DNA of 56,885 nucleotides from Gemmatimonadota bacterium (GCA_039591655.1 JBDHDE010000011.1:1-56885), one strand, 5' to 3'; positions 1 to 9,842 are shown, counted from the first letter of the stretch. The notes: a model not told the origin generated them from the sequence alone. Made by a program: numbers and translations.

Positions 1-1
1 C

Positions 2-1588
2 CAGACCATCGCCGGGGCGCCGGGCTTCCTCGTGAACCTGGTCAACTCGCTGCCGGGGTGGATCAAGAACAGCGAGTTCGGCGAAGCCCTGCGGACCTCC
101 AGGCTGCGGTGGAACCCTCTCCAGCTGACGTTCGCCTCCACGCTCACGAACAACCGCACCGAGCGCCGCACGTTCCGCGTCCCGGTGACGCTGCCAAGCG
201 ACGAGACCCTCCCCCCCTTGCCAAGCGTCGTGCACACCTGGCGCAACGATCTAGGGTTCAACTTCCGCCCCTACTCGTCGCTGGCGCTGCGCGTCCAGTG
301 GTCCGGCATTCGGGACCTCCAGGACTACGGCGACACCACGGTCATGGGGAGGCTGATCGAACAGGACCGGCAGGAGCTCTTCGGGGCCGACGTGGGCTTC
401 GCGCGGCTGCGCACCCTCAACACGTCCCTAAACGTAGCCCCGGCAATCAGTAGCTGGCTGAGGCCGCGGTTCGTGCTGGCGACGACGTACGCGTTCAACC
501 GGGATCCCAACCAGCCGAGGCCGGTGCGGGTCGAGGGCGACACCGCGGGCGCCTTCAAGGTGCCCGAGACCCTGACCAACTCCCGACGCGTGGAGCTGGG
601 TAGCTCCATCGACCTGGCGCGCCTGGTGCTGGGGATCGTGGGGGATTCCGGGTTCGTGGCCAGCTTGTTCCGCGGGATCCTCCCGGCGGACTACTCGTAC
701 GAGCGCCGGCTTCGCTCGAGCTTTGACCGGGCACCGTTTAGTGCCGACCTGGGGTATCGGCTGGCACTCGGAGGTCTGGATGACTTCCGCCAGCAGGAGG
801 GTGTACCCGCGACCTCGGCGGGAGAAACGGACATCTACAACATCACCGCCGGGACTCGGCTCCCGCTGGGCGGACAGCTTCGGCTCAACTACCGCAATGC
901 CGTGAATACGGGCTGGTCGCGGCGGGGCAACATCCAGTCGGAGATCGTGGATCGGAACAGGGAGTGGCCGTCCCTGAACTTCTCGTTCGCCTACAGCCCA
1001 ACCTGGGCCCTGCGCTCGGTGATCGCCAACCTCACCGCCCAGCTCCAGTATCGCATTGTGCGCACCTCCACCACGCAGCCACCGGCCCTGGGATTCGGCG
1101 GGGGAAGCCAAGGCGCGCCGGTGACAACCGAGAACAACACCACCATGCTGGCTCCATCGCTCACGCTCTCCCTGCCAGTGGGGATCATCCTCTCGGGCCA
1201 GTACACAACGTCGGAGTCCGAGAGAGTGACATCGGGCAACATCACCGAGAGCAAGCGGGACGCGTGGAGTGGCTCGGCCAACTTCTCGTGGCGCTTTCCC
1301 CAGGGCTTGATCCGGCTGCGCAACCGCATCCAGACGACGCTGTCCTACAACGTGTCCATCCTGGCGGTGTGCATCCTGCAGACCGGTGCGGAGATGTGCC
1401 GTACGGTCTCGGACAGCCGACGCGACCAGGTGAATTTCCGAATGGACACGGGAGTGAGCGAGTCCTTGCGAGCAGGCCTGACGTTCAGCTACGTGGTGAG
1501 CGATCAGCGACACCTATCTCAGAAGCTGACACAGATGATCTTCACGGTCTACGGCGAACTGAGCTTCCGCGCGGGCCAACTGCGATGA
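2..1588 (+). CDS. C-terminal part of a large outer-membrane beta-barrel protein, possibly SprA/Sov-like (5' truncated)
   Basis: Frame is open from base 2. Many alternating amphipathic beta-strand-like segments rich in S/T/N/Y/F (e.g. SLNFSFAYSP, AGLTFSYVVS). TGA overlaps the next ATG (ATGA, 1585-1588). The SprA assignment is recall, not a search result. Confidence 0.5.
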   Translation, partial: QTIAGAPGFLVNLVNSLPGWIKNSEFGEALRTSRLRWNPLQLTFASTLTNNRTERRTFRVPVTLPSDETLPPLPSVVHTWRNDLGFNFRPYSSLALRVQWSGIRDLQDYGDTTVMGRLIEQDRQELFGADVGFARLRTLNTSLNVAPAISSWLRPRFVLATTYAFNRDPNQPRPVRVEGDTAGAFKVPETLTNSRRVELGSSIDLARLVLGIVGDSGFVASLFRGILPADYSYERRLRSSFDRAPFSADLGYRLALGGLDDFRQQEGVPATSAGETDIYNITAGTRLPLGGQLRLNYRNAVNTGWSRRGNIQSEIVDRNREWPSLNFSFAYSPTWALRSVIANLTAQLQYRIVRTSTTQPPALGFGGGSQGAPVTTENNTTMLAPSLTLSLPVGIILSGQYTTSESERVTSGNITESKRDAWSGSANFSWRFPQGLIRLRNRIQTTLSYNVSILAVCILQTGAEMCRTVSDSRRDQVNFRMDTGVSESLRAGLTFSYVVSDQRHLSQKLTQMIFTVYGELSFRAGQLR

Positions 1589-2475
1589 GACTACGAGTGG
1601 TGATGCTACTGGCGGCGGCGTTCGGCTGCAGCGCCGGCGCCGCGGCGCAAGGCGAGTTTGACGGGCAGGCCGCTCTACAATACGTCGAGACCCAGCTCTC
1701 CTTCGGTCCTCGGGTGCCCAACACCGACGGGCATCGCCGGGCCGGCGACTGGATTCTGGAGCAACTGCGGGCGCGGGCCGACTCGGTGGAGATCCAGGCG
1801 TTCACCCATGTGACTGCCCAGGGCGACACTCTTGCATTGCGGAACTTCATCGGCCGCTTCCGGCCGGAGGTCCCCGAGCGGATCCTCTACGTGGCGCACT
1901 GGGACACGCGCCCCCGGGCCGACCGCAGCGCCAACCTGGGCCAGCAGCGCCTTCCGGTGCCGGGGGCGAACGATGGAGCGTCCGGTGTCGCCGTGCTCCT
2001 CGGGGTGGCCGATGCTCTGGTGCGTCAGCAGCCGGTGGTGGGTGTGGACCTGGTGTTCGTGGACGGGGAGGACTACGGCAACTTCACCGGGGACGAGGAC
2101 GTGCTCCTCGGCTCCCGCCACTATGCGGCCGCTCTCGACCCCGCCGCCCTCCCCCTCTTCGCGGTGGTGTGGGACATGGTGGGCGACCGGGACCTGGAGA
2201 TCTTCCAGGAGGGGAACTCGGTGGCCGGAGCGCCAGAGGTGGTGGACCGCGTGTGGAACCGGGCCCGGGAGTTGGGCTACGAGCGCGTGTTCCGTGCGCA
2301 GGTGCGCTACAGCATGGTGGACGACCACATCCCGCTGCAGGAGGTGGGCATCCGCGCGATAGACGTGATTCAGTTCGGGCTTCCGTACTGGCACACCACG
2401 GAGGACACGTTCGACAAGGTGAGCGCCGAGAGCCTGGAGATGGTGGGGGACGTGGCCGTGGCTCTGCTTAGGTAG
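1585..2475 (+). CDS. M28-family Zn metallopeptidase / glutaminyl cyclase-like protein with signal peptide
   Basis: Motifs AHWDTRP, GANDGASG, DGEDYG, DDH, YWHT; hydrophobic N-terminus MRLRVVMLLAAAFGC; start set at the ATGA overlap rather than 964. Confidence 0.85.
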   Translation: MRLRVVMLLAAAFGCSAGAAAQGEFDGQAALQYVETQLSFGPRVPNTDGHRRAGDWILEQLRARADSVEIQAFTHVTAQGDTLALRNFIGRFRPEVPERILYVAHWDTRPRADRSANLGQQRLPVPGANDGASGVAVLLGVADALVRQQPVVGVDLVFVDGEDYGNFTGDEDVLLGSRHYAAALDPAALPLFAVVWDMVGDRDLEIFQEGNSVAGAPEVVDRVWNRARELGYERVFRAQVRYSMVDDHIPLQEVGIRAIDVIQFGLPYWHTTEDTFDKVSAESLEMVGDVAVALLR

Positions 2476-2487
2476 GCAGGGCCCACC

Positions 2488-2775
2488 TCCGCGACTCCGG
2501 TGCTCGGGGGTGGGCCTCACCGCCGCGCCCTGCAGAAAGCTCAGCGACTCGTGGCAGGGCCCTACCTCCGCGAACTGCAGTTCGCCTAGCCTCCCAGAAG
2601 TCCCGGCATCCCTCTCAAACGGTCTCCCCCCCTTCTGCGAGCCACCCTCCCAACGCGCTGCACTGACGTTCGCTTCGGCAGGGCCCTGCCACTCGCCTCG
2701 ATCCTGCTGACGATCGCTCTGGTGAGGCCCACCCCCTCGCTCTACCACCTGGCGCTGCACTGACGTTCGCTCCGG
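2488..2775. repeat. Structured intergenic repeat, copy 1 (nested inverted repeats)
   Basis: Perfect IRs 2506-2521/2721-2736 and 2551-2563/2680-2692; palindrome GCGAACTGCAGTTCGC at 2570-2585; core GCGCTGCACTGACGTTCGCT at 2655 and 2752. Confidence 0.85.
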
Positions 2776-2927
2776 TAGCTCCCTCCGACTCGCTCAATCC
2801 GCCGACGGTGGACACGGTGAGCCCCGCCTACCTCACGCGGTCCTTGGGGGGGCATTGACCGTGAATCCGACCCCCTACCGCGCTCAAACGGCGACGCCGG
2901 GTGGAGCCGGGGACGGCACTGTAGGTC

Positions 2928-3551
2928 GTGCGTGCCACCTCCGACGACCGCCGGGCGGCTCTCATCCTCCTCGGCCTCGCCGCCGCCGGCCTGGCCGTCC
3001 GGCTCGTTCTGCAGGGTGGCGGGCCGCCGGGCGCTGTGGGCTACCGGCCCGCCGCGGAGGCCAGGCCCCCCAGGGACTCCGTGGCGCTGGGCGCCCAGCG
3101 GCTGGCCCGTCCCCTGGGCCCCGGCGAGAGGATCGACATCGACCGGGCAGGGGCGGCGGAGCTCGCCCGGCTCCCGCGGGTGGGCCCCGAGCTCGCGGGG
3201 CGGATCGTGGCCGACCGGGCGGAAAGAGGCCCCTTTGGCTCCCTCGAGGCGCTGGATCGGGTTCCCGGTGTGGGGCCCGTCCTGCTGCAGGCGGTGCGGC
3301 CCCACGCCGCGTTCTCCGGCGTCGCGACCCGGGCCCCCGCGAGCGTCCAAGTGCCAGGGATTGTGACGCTTAACACTGCGACAGCCCAGGAGCTGGCGCA
3401 GCTTCCGGCAATCGGATCGGCTCGGGCGCGAGCCATCGTGGAGGACCGGAGCCGCCGGGGTCCGTTCCGGCGTTTGGAGGACCTCGCCCGCGTGCCGGGA
3501 ATCGGCAGCGGCACGGTGGAGCGCCTGCGCGGCCGGGTGCGTGTACCTTGA
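2928..3551 (+). CDS. comEA: ComEA-family helix-hairpin-helix DNA-binding protein with two HhH modules
   Basis: N-terminal TM; IDIDRAGAAELARLPRVGPELAGRIVADR..GPF.SLEALDRVPGVG and LNTATAQELAQLPAIGSARARAIVEDR..GPFRRLEDLARVPGIG. Confidence 0.85.
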   Translation: MRATSDDRRAALILLGLAAAGLAVRLVLQGGGPPGAVGYRPAAEARPPRDSVALGAQRLARPLGPGERIDIDRAGAAELARLPRVGPELAGRIVADRAERGPFGSLEALDRVPGVGPVLLQAVRPHAAFSGVATRAPASVQVPGIVTLNTATAQELAQLPAIGSARARAIVEDRSRRGPFRRLEDLARVPGIGSGTVERLRGRVRVP

Positions 3552-3575
3552 CACCCCTCAGGGGGGACGTACTTT
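3548..3575 (+). promoter_or_regulatory. Putative sigma70 promoter for pilBTC
   Basis: TTGACA (3548-3553), 16-nt spacer, TACTTT (3570-3575) in an AT-richer gap upstream of pilB. Confidence 0.55.
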
Positions 3576-3638
3576 AACTCGTTACTTGTTGTGCCTTAAG
3601 GATTTGAGTGATCTCCGACGTATCCCCCCGGATAGGTA

Positions 3639-5345
3639 ATGGCGACAGCAGCTACGAGCACTGAACGGCTGGGCGACCTGCTCGTCCGCGAAGGCCTGAT
3701 CACCCGCGAGCAGCTCCTGCAGGCCCTGGAGCAGCAGCGCGGCACGAACAATCGCCTGGGGTACACCCTGGTGAAGCTCGGTCTCGTCCAGGAGATCGAG
3801 ATCACCAAGATGCTCGCGCGGCAATACCGAGTGCCGGCCGTGGACCTCTCCCGGTTCGAGGTCGACGAGAAGATCGTCAAGTTGCTCCCCGCCGACGTGG
3901 CGGTGAAGCACACGGTGCTGCCGCTGAAGCGGGAGGGCCGCACGCTCACGGTGGCGATGGCCGATCCGACCAACGTCTCGGTCGTCGAAGACCTCAAGTT
4001 CATCACCCGGTTCGACATCTTCCCGGTCATCGCGGGCGAGTACACGCTGCGCACGGCCATCGAGCGCCACTACGAACAGGGCGAGGTCCAGCTCCAGAGC
4101 CTCCTCAAAGACATGGAAGAGGAGGAGCTCGAGGTCATCGAGGAGGAGGAAGAGGAGGAGGCCCCGCCCCAGATCGCCGACGACGCGCCGGTGGTCAAGC
4201 TCATCAACGGCATCATGACGGACGCGGTGAAGCGCGGGGCCAGTGACATCCACATCGAGCCGTTCGAGAACGAGATCCGGGTCCGCTACCGCATCGACGG
4301 CACGCTGCAGGAAGTCATGAAGCCGCCCGTAAAGCTCAAGGCCGCGCTCACCAGCCGCGTGAAGATCATGTCCAACCTGAACATCGCCGAGCGGCGCGTG
4401 CCTCAGGACGGACGGATCAAGTTGAAGATGGGCCAGCGGGTCATCGATTTCCGGGTGTCCACGCTGCCGGTGATCTTCGGCGAGAAGATCGTGCTGCGGA
4501 TCCTGGACAAGAGCAACTTGACCCTGGACCTGCAGAAGTTCGGCTTCGAGGCGAAGGCCGAGCAGGACTTGATGCGGGCCATCCTGAACCCGTACGGAAT
4601 GGTCCTGGTGACCGGCCCCACGGGCTCTGGGAAGACGACGACGCTCTACTCAGCGCTGTCGCGGGTGAACACGCTGGAGGTCAACATCATGACCGCCGAG
4701 GACCCCGTGGAGTACAACATCCACGGGATCAACCAGGTGCTCGTGCGCACCGAGATCGGCATGACGTTCGCTGCCGCCCTGCGGGCGTTCCTGCGACAGG
4801 ACCCGAACATCATCATGGTGGGTGAGGTCCGGGACCTCGAGACTGGGAGCATAGCCATCAAGGCCGCGCTCACCGGCCACCTGGTCCTGTCCACGCTCCA
4901 CACCAACGACGCCGCCTCCACGATCACCCGTCTGATCGACATGGGGATCGAGCCGTTCAATGTGGCGAGCGCCGTCAACCTGATCGTGGCGCAGCGGCTG
5001 GTGCGGCGGATCTGTGACGGTTGCAAGGAGGAACAGGAATACTCGAAAGAGGAGTTGTTGGCCGCCCTCGGCGTGGGCGGAAAAGATGCGTCGGACATCA
5101 CATTCTCCAGGGGTGAGGGATGCGACCTTTGCGCCGGCACCGGCTACAAGGGCCGCCAGGGCCTCTACGAGGTGATGGCGGTGACGCCCGAGCTCCGGCG
5201 CATGATCCTCAGGGGGGCGTCCACGGCCGAGCTCAAGGACCAGGCAGTCGAGGATGGCATGCTGACCTTGCGGATGGACGGCATGATGAAGATCCGGAAG
5301 GGCATCACCACGCTCGAGGAAGTCGTCAAGGAAACCGCGGAGTGA
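3639..5345 (+). CDS. pilB: Type IV pilus assembly ATPase PilB with N-terminal MshEN motifs
   Basis: Walker A GPTGSGKTT, EDPVEY, LRQDPNIIMVGEVRD, STLHTNDA, Zn knuckle CDGC...CDLC; two RLGxxL-type repeats at the N-terminus. Confidence 0.95.
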   Translation: MATAATSTERLGDLLVREGLITREQLLQALEQQRGTNNRLGYTLVKLGLVQEIEITKMLARQYRVPAVDLSRFEVDEKIVKLLPADVAVKHTVLPLKREGRTLTVAMADPTNVSVVEDLKFITRFDIFPVIAGEYTLRTAIERHYEQGEVQLQSLLKDMEEEELEVIEEEEEEEAPPQIADDAPVVKLINGIMTDAVKRGASDIHIEPFENEIRVRYRIDGTLQEVMKPPVKLKAALTSRVKIMSNLNIAERRVPQDGRIKLKMGQRVIDFRVSTLPVIFGEKIVLRILDKSNLTLDLQKFGFEAKAEQDLMRAILNPYGMVLVTGPTGSGKTTTLYSALSRVNTLEVNIMTAEDPVEYNIHGINQVLVRTEIGMTFAAALRAFLRQDPNIIMVGEVRDLETGSIAIKAALTGHLVLSTLHTNDAASTITRLIDMGIEPFNVASAVNLIVAQRLVRRICDGCKEEQEYSKEELLAALGVGGKDASDITFSRGEGCDLCAGTGYKGRQGLYEVMAVTPELRRMILRGASTAELKDQAVEDGMLTLRMDGMMKIRKGITTLEEVVKETAE

Positions 5346-5349
5346 GTCG

Positions 5350-6504
5350 ATGACAGCACCACAGCAAGGTCAGCAGCAGCAGGCCACGGGCCAGCAGGTC
5401 AACCTGCGGGATCTGCTCCAGGAGATGATCCAGCGGGAGGCGTCCGACCTGCACATCACCGCACGGGAGCGCCCCAAGCTCCGGATCGACGGCGACATCA
5501 CGAATTCCCGGTTCGACGGGGTGCTCTCCCCCAAGGAGACGCTGCAGCTCGCCTACTCCGTGCTCACGGACAACCAGAAGAAGCGGTTCGAGAACGAGGA
5601 CGAGCTCGACTTCTCGTTCGGCATTCAGAACCTGGCGCGGTTCCGCGGCAACGTCTTCAAGCAACGGGGCTGCGTATCGATGGTGATCCGGCAGATCCCG
5701 TTCAGCATCAAGACCTTCGACGAGCTCGGTCTCCCGCCGGCGCTGCAGAAGCTGGCGGAGCGTCCGAGAGGCCTGGTGTTGGTGACGGGGCCCACGGGCT
5801 CGGGGAAGTCCACGTCCCTCGCCGCGATGATCGACAAGATCAACCGCGAGCGGAAGGGCCACATCCTCACGATCGAGGACCCCATCGAGTTCATCCACCG
5901 GCATCAGGGCTGCATCGTCAACCAGCGGGAGGTCGGGACCGACACCAAGTCCTTCGCCAACGCCCTCAAGTATGCCCTGCGGCAGGATCCGGACATCGTG
6001 CTGATCGGTGAGATGCGCGACCTGGAGACCATCTCGGCGGCACTGACCATCGCCGAGACGGGCCACCTGGCCTTCGCCACGCTCCACACCAACTCGGCGG
6101 CGGAGACCATCAACCGCATCATCGACGTCTTCCCGTCGCACCAGCAGTCCCAGGTACGGGCGCAGCTGGCGTTCGTGCTGGAGGGCGTCGTGACTCAGAT
6201 CCTGCTGCAGCGCACGGGCGGCAAGGGTCGGGTGATGGCGTGCGAGGTGATGACGGCCACGCCGGCCATTCGGGCCCTGATCCGCGACGACAAGGTCCAC
6301 CAGATCTTCTCGGCCATGCAGGCCGGTAAGAAGCACGGAATGCAGACGCTGATGGATTCGCTGTACCAGCTGTACATGGGTCGGCAGGTGACCCTAGAGG
6401 AGTGTCTCAGAGTGGTGCCGGACCAGAACGAGTTCTTGCGGGCCGTGGGCGAGGAGGTGCCGGAGGAGGGAGCCGGCGCCAAGGCCATGGCGGGCCGGCG
6501 GTAA
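5350..6504 (+). CDS. pilT: Type IV pilus retraction ATPase PilT
   Basis: GPTGSGKST, TIEDPIEF, QREVG, ALRQDPD, GEMRDLETI, AETGHL, AIRALIRD (AIRNLIRE-like), GMQTL. Confidence 0.95.
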   Translation: MTAPQQGQQQQATGQQVNLRDLLQEMIQREASDLHITARERPKLRIDGDITNSRFDGVLSPKETLQLAYSVLTDNQKKRFENEDELDFSFGIQNLARFRGNVFKQRGCVSMVIRQIPFSIKTFDELGLPPALQKLAERPRGLVLVTGPTGSGKSTSLAAMIDKINRERKGHILTIEDPIEFIHRHQGCIVNQREVGTDTKSFANALKYALRQDPDIVLIGEMRDLETISAALTIAETGHLAFATLHTNSAAETINRIIDVFPSHQQSQVRAQLAFVLEGVVTQILLQRTGGKGRVMACEVMTATPAIRALIRDDKVHQIFSAMQAGKKHGMQTLMDSLYQLYMGRQVTLEECLRVVPDQNEFLRAVGEEVPEEGAGAKAMAGRR

Positions 6505-6535
6505 ATCACGCGGCGGACACCGAGGAGAAAGACGT

Positions 6536-7726
6536 ATGCCAACATTCGAGTACACCGCGCGGACGGCAGCCGGAGAGGAGACGAGGGGAACCGTCGACCT
6601 CCCGACACGCGAGGACGTTGTCAGGCACCTGCGCCAGAACCGGATGATGGTCATCCGGGTCCGGCAGCAGCAGCGGAAGAAGCGCGCGCGCCGGATCCCG
6701 ACGCGCGACATAGTGATCTTCACGCGGCAGTTCGCCACGATGATCAACTCCGGTCTGCCCCTGGTCCAGGCACTGGATATTCTCCAGCAGCAGACCGACA
6801 ACAAGGCGCTGGCCGACGTCACCCGGCAGGTGGTGTACGACGTGGAGAGCGGCAACACGCTGGCGGACGCACTGGACAAGCACAAGAACGCGTTCAGCCA
6901 GCTGTTCGTGAACATGGTGGCCGCAGGTGAGGCTGGCGGTATTCTGGACACGATTCTCCTGCGGTTGGCCACGTTCCTCGAGAAGAACGACGCCATCATT
7001 CGGAAGGTGAAGGGCGCGATGATCTATCCGGCGGTCATCATGTCGGTTGCCGCGATCGCCATTGTCGTGCTGCTCATCTTCGTGATTCCCACCTTCCAGA
7101 GCATGTTCGCCTCGGTGAACCTCGAGTTGCCGCTGCCGACCCGGGTCGTGATCGGGATGAGCAATCTGCTGCAGGGATTCTGGTGGGCGTTCATCGGTGG
7201 GAGCATCGTGCTCTTCTTCGCGACCCGGCAGTACTACCAGACCGATGGGGGCCGGCTGGTGATCGACCGAGCGTTACTCAAGTTCCCGGTTCTCGGCGAC
7301 CTGCTGCGCAAGTCGGCGGTGTCGCGCTTCACCCGTACCCTCGGCACGCTGCTGGCGTCCGGCGTTTCGATCCTCGAAGGCCTCGAGATCACCGCCCGAA
7401 CCGCGGGCAACCAGGTGATCCACAACGCGGTGATGGAGTCCCGCGGCTCCATCGCGGCGGGCGAGACGATCGCCCAGCCGTTGCAGAATTCGGGGGTATT
7501 CCCGCCCATGGTGACCTCGATGATCGCCGTGGGTGAGGCGACCGGCGGGCTGGACGAGATGCTGTCGAAGATTGCGGACTTCTACGATGACGAGGTGGAC
7601 GCCGCCGTGAGCGCCCTGCTGTCCCTCATGGAGCCCGTCATGATCGTCGTGCTCGGCGTGGTCGTGGGCGGCATGATCGTCGCCATGTACCTGCCGATCT
7701 TCGACATGATCAACGCGGTGCAGTAG
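6536..7726 (+). CDS. pilC: Type IV pilus platform protein PilC (GspF family)
   Basis: FTRQFATMINSGLPL, AGEAGGILD, AMIYP, FTRTLGTLLASGV, MEP...AMYLPIF. Confidence 0.95.
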   Translation: MPTFEYTARTAAGEETRGTVDLPTREDVVRHLRQNRMMVIRVRQQQRKKRARRIPTRDIVIFTRQFATMINSGLPLVQALDILQQQTDNKALADVTRQVVYDVESGNTLADALDKHKNAFSQLFVNMVAAGEAGGILDTILLRLATFLEKNDAIIRKVKGAMIYPAVIMSVAAIAIVVLLIFVIPTFQSMFASVNLELPLPTRVVIGMSNLLQGFWWAFIGGSIVLFFATRQYYQTDGGRLVIDRALLKFPVLGDLLRKSAVSRFTRTLGTLLASGVSILEGLEITARTAGNQVIHNAVMESRGSIAAGETIAQPLQNSGVFPPMVTSMIAVGEATGGLDEMLSKIADFYDDEVDAAVSALLSLMEPVMIVVLGVVVGGMIVAMYLPIFDMINAVQ

Positions 7727-7825
7727 GGAGGCGAGGACACGTGAGCACGGTGGGTAGGACAGAGTCGGAACGGTCCGCAGTTGCCGGACTCCGACTAGGC
7801 ATCAACCGAACAGGGAGTACGGCAA

Positions 7826-8038
7826 ATGCGTGCGACCGGGAAGGTGAAGTGGTTCAACGACGCGAAGGGGTTCGGGTTCATTACTCCCGACGAGGGTGAG
7901 CGGGACTGCTTCGTGCACTACTCCGCGATTCAAGGAAGCGGGTTCAAGTCACTGAAGGAGGGCGAGGCGGTCGAGTTCGACATGGTGCAGGGGGACAAGG
8001 GGCCCTCGGCGCAGAACGTCGCGCGGGTCGCCGAGTGA
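7826..8038 (+). CDS. cspA: Cold-shock domain protein
   Basis: [42 protein letters not shown] upstream. Confidence 0.95.
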   Translation: MRATGKVKWFNDAKGFGFITPDEGERDCFVHYSAIQGSGFKSLKEGEAVEFDMVQGDKGPSAQNVARVAE

Positions 8039-8070
8039 GCGACTGAGCGCACCAGAGCGCGAGTAGACCG

Positions 8071-8107
8071 GGGCTGCCTCCGCGACGCGGGGGCGGCCCT
8101 TGTCGTT
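8071..8107 (+). terminator. Intrinsic terminator-like hairpin after the csp gene
   Basis: GGGCTGCCTCCGC / GCGGGGGCGGCCC stem (with G-U pairs) followed by TTGTCGTT. Confidence 0.6.
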
Positions 8108-8174
8108 CCCCGGCACGGATGCCACTATTGCGCCAGAGGCGCCCGGCGAAGGGACGTCGTGCGGGAGGGTGAAC

Positions 8175-9662
8175 GTGTTCGAAGCTGCGGAAGTCGGTAG
8201 CAAGGTCGACAAGGCGACCTACAAGGAGGAGGTCCCGGGGGCCCGCGCCGGACTCCTGGAGGTGCAGCGGGAGCTCGCTACCTCGAAGCTGGCGCCCGTG
8301 GTCATCGTGGGTGGTGTGGAAGGGGTGGGGAAGGGCGAGGTGATGAACCTGCTCCTGGAGTGGATGGACGCCCGGGGTGTGGAGGCCTACGCGTTCGGGG
8401 AGCCCACCGACGAGGAGCGGGAGCGGCCCCGCTACTGGCGCTTCTGGCGGGTGCTGCCCCCCAAGGGCAAGATGGCCATCCTGCTGGGCTCGTGGTACAC
8501 CGAGCCCATCATCGACCGGGCGTACGAGCGCATCGACGACGCGTTGTTCGAGCGGGAGCTGCGGCGCATCCGGGACCTGGAGCGGATGCTGCTCTCGGAG
8601 GGCGTTCCCGTCATCAAGTTCTGGCTCCACCTGGCCAAGAAGGTGCACCAGAAGCGACTCAAGAAGGTCTTGAAGGACCCCGACAGACGCTGGCTGGTGT
8701 CGCAGCAGACCCTCGAGTTCGCCGAGCGCTACGACGCGTTCCGCGTCGTCTCGGAGGAGTGCCTGCGCCTCACCAGCACCGACGTCGCCCCTTGGCACGT
8801 AGTGGAAGCCGCCAACGCCCGCTACCGCAACCTCACCGTCGCCAACACCCTGATCCGGTCGCTCAAGGAGGCGCTGGAGAACAGCGCGGCACAGCCGTCC
8901 AAGCAGGGGTCGTCCAAGGGCAAGCATACCCTCCCCCGGCCGCCCAAGGTCAACGTCATCAGCCAACTGGACATGAGCCTCGCCCTGCCCGACGAGGAGT
9001 ACGAGCGCAAGCTCTCGCGCCACTCGGGAAGGCTGGGGCGCCTGGCGCAGGAGCTGTACACGTCCCGCCGGTCCATGATTCTGGTGTTCGAGGGTCCCGA
9101 CGCCGCCGGCAAGGGTGGCACCATTCGGCGGCTCACCGGCGTGATGGACGCCCGGCGCTACCGGGTGATGTCGGTGGGAGCGCCCACCGACGAGGAGGCG
9201 GCCCACCCCTACCTGTGGCGCTTCTGGCGCAACCTCCCTCGGGAGGGCCAAGTCACCATCTACGATCGCTCGTGGTACGGCCGCGTCCTGGTGGAGCGGA
9301 TCGAGGGGTTTGCCCAGCCGGGGGAGTGGCGGCGGGCCTACGGCGAGATCACCGAGTTCGAGGCGCAGCTGGCGGAGTTCGGCACCATCGTGCTCAAGTT
9401 CTGGCTGGCCCTCAGCCCGGAGGAGCAGCTCAGGCGGTTCCAGGACCGGGATGAGACCCCGTACAAGCAGTACAAGCTCACCGCGGAGGACTGGCGCAAC
9501 CGCGAGAAATGGGATGGCTACGAGGCCGCGGCGTGCGAGATGATCGAGCGGACCAGCACCGACCAGGCGCCCTGGGTCCTGGTGGAGGCCAACGACAAGC
9601 GGTGGGCGCGGGTCAAGGTGATGCGGACGGTGATGCGGCGGCTCAAGGAGGCGCTCAGCTAG
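8175..9662 (+). CDS. pap: Two-domain polyphosphate kinase 2 (polyphosphate:AMP phosphotransferase)
   Basis: Two PPK2 domains: GVEGVGKG...YWRFWRVLP and EGPDAAGKGGTIRR...YLWRFW...DRSWYGRVLVERIEGF; GGAGGG SD before GTG (MFEAAE). Confidence 0.9.
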   Translation: MFEAAEVGSKVDKATYKEEVPGARAGLLEVQRELATSKLAPVVIVGGVEGVGKGEVMNLLLEWMDARGVEAYAFGEPTDEERERPRYWRFWRVLPPKGKMAILLGSWYTEPIIDRAYERIDDALFERELRRIRDLERMLLSEGVPVIKFWLHLAKKVHQKRLKKVLKDPDRRWLVSQQTLEFAERYDAFRVVSEECLRLTSTDVAPWHVVEAANARYRNLTVANTLIRSLKEALENSAAQPSKQGSSKGKHTLPRPPKVNVISQLDMSLALPDEEYERKLSRHSGRLGRLAQELYTSRRSMILVFEGPDAAGKGGTIRRLTGVMDARRYRVMSVGAPTDEEAAHPYLWRFWRNLPREGQVTIYDRSWYGRVLVERIEGFAQPGEWRRAYGEITEFEAQLAEFGTIVLKFWLALSPEEQLRRFQDRDETPYKQYKLTAEDWRNREKWDGYEAAACEMIERTSTDQAPWVLVEANDKRWARVKVMRTVMRRLKEALS

Positions 9663-9677
9663 CGGGTTTGGCCCGCT

Positions 9678-9842
9678 TCCGCGACTCTGGTGCTCGGGGG
9701 TGTGTCCCACTTCCGCGAACTGCAGTTGGCTCGGCCTCCAAGTGCATCCGTTCCCCGTCACAAACGGTCCCCTTCCGTGAGCAGGCCGTCCGTCCCGGTG
9801 CGCTGCACTGACGTTCGCTCCAGTGGGACACACCCGCTCGCT
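9678..9842. repeat. Structured intergenic repeat, copy 2
   Basis: TCCGCGACTCTGGTGCTCGGGGGTG differs by one base from copy 1 (2488-2512); perfect IR 9698-9711/9822-9835; near-palindrome GCGAACTGCAGTTGGC at 9715; core at 9800-9819. Confidence 0.85.

Noticed and set aside
964..1584. N-terminal extension of the M28 peptidase
   Set aside because: It overlaps the upstream gene out of frame; the signal peptide begins at 1585.
2655..2771. Repeated GCGCTGCACTGACGTTCGCT (also 48329-48446) as a CRISPR array
   Set aside because: Only 2-3 copies per site, intervening segments are stem arms related between sites rather than unique spacers, and no cas genes are present.
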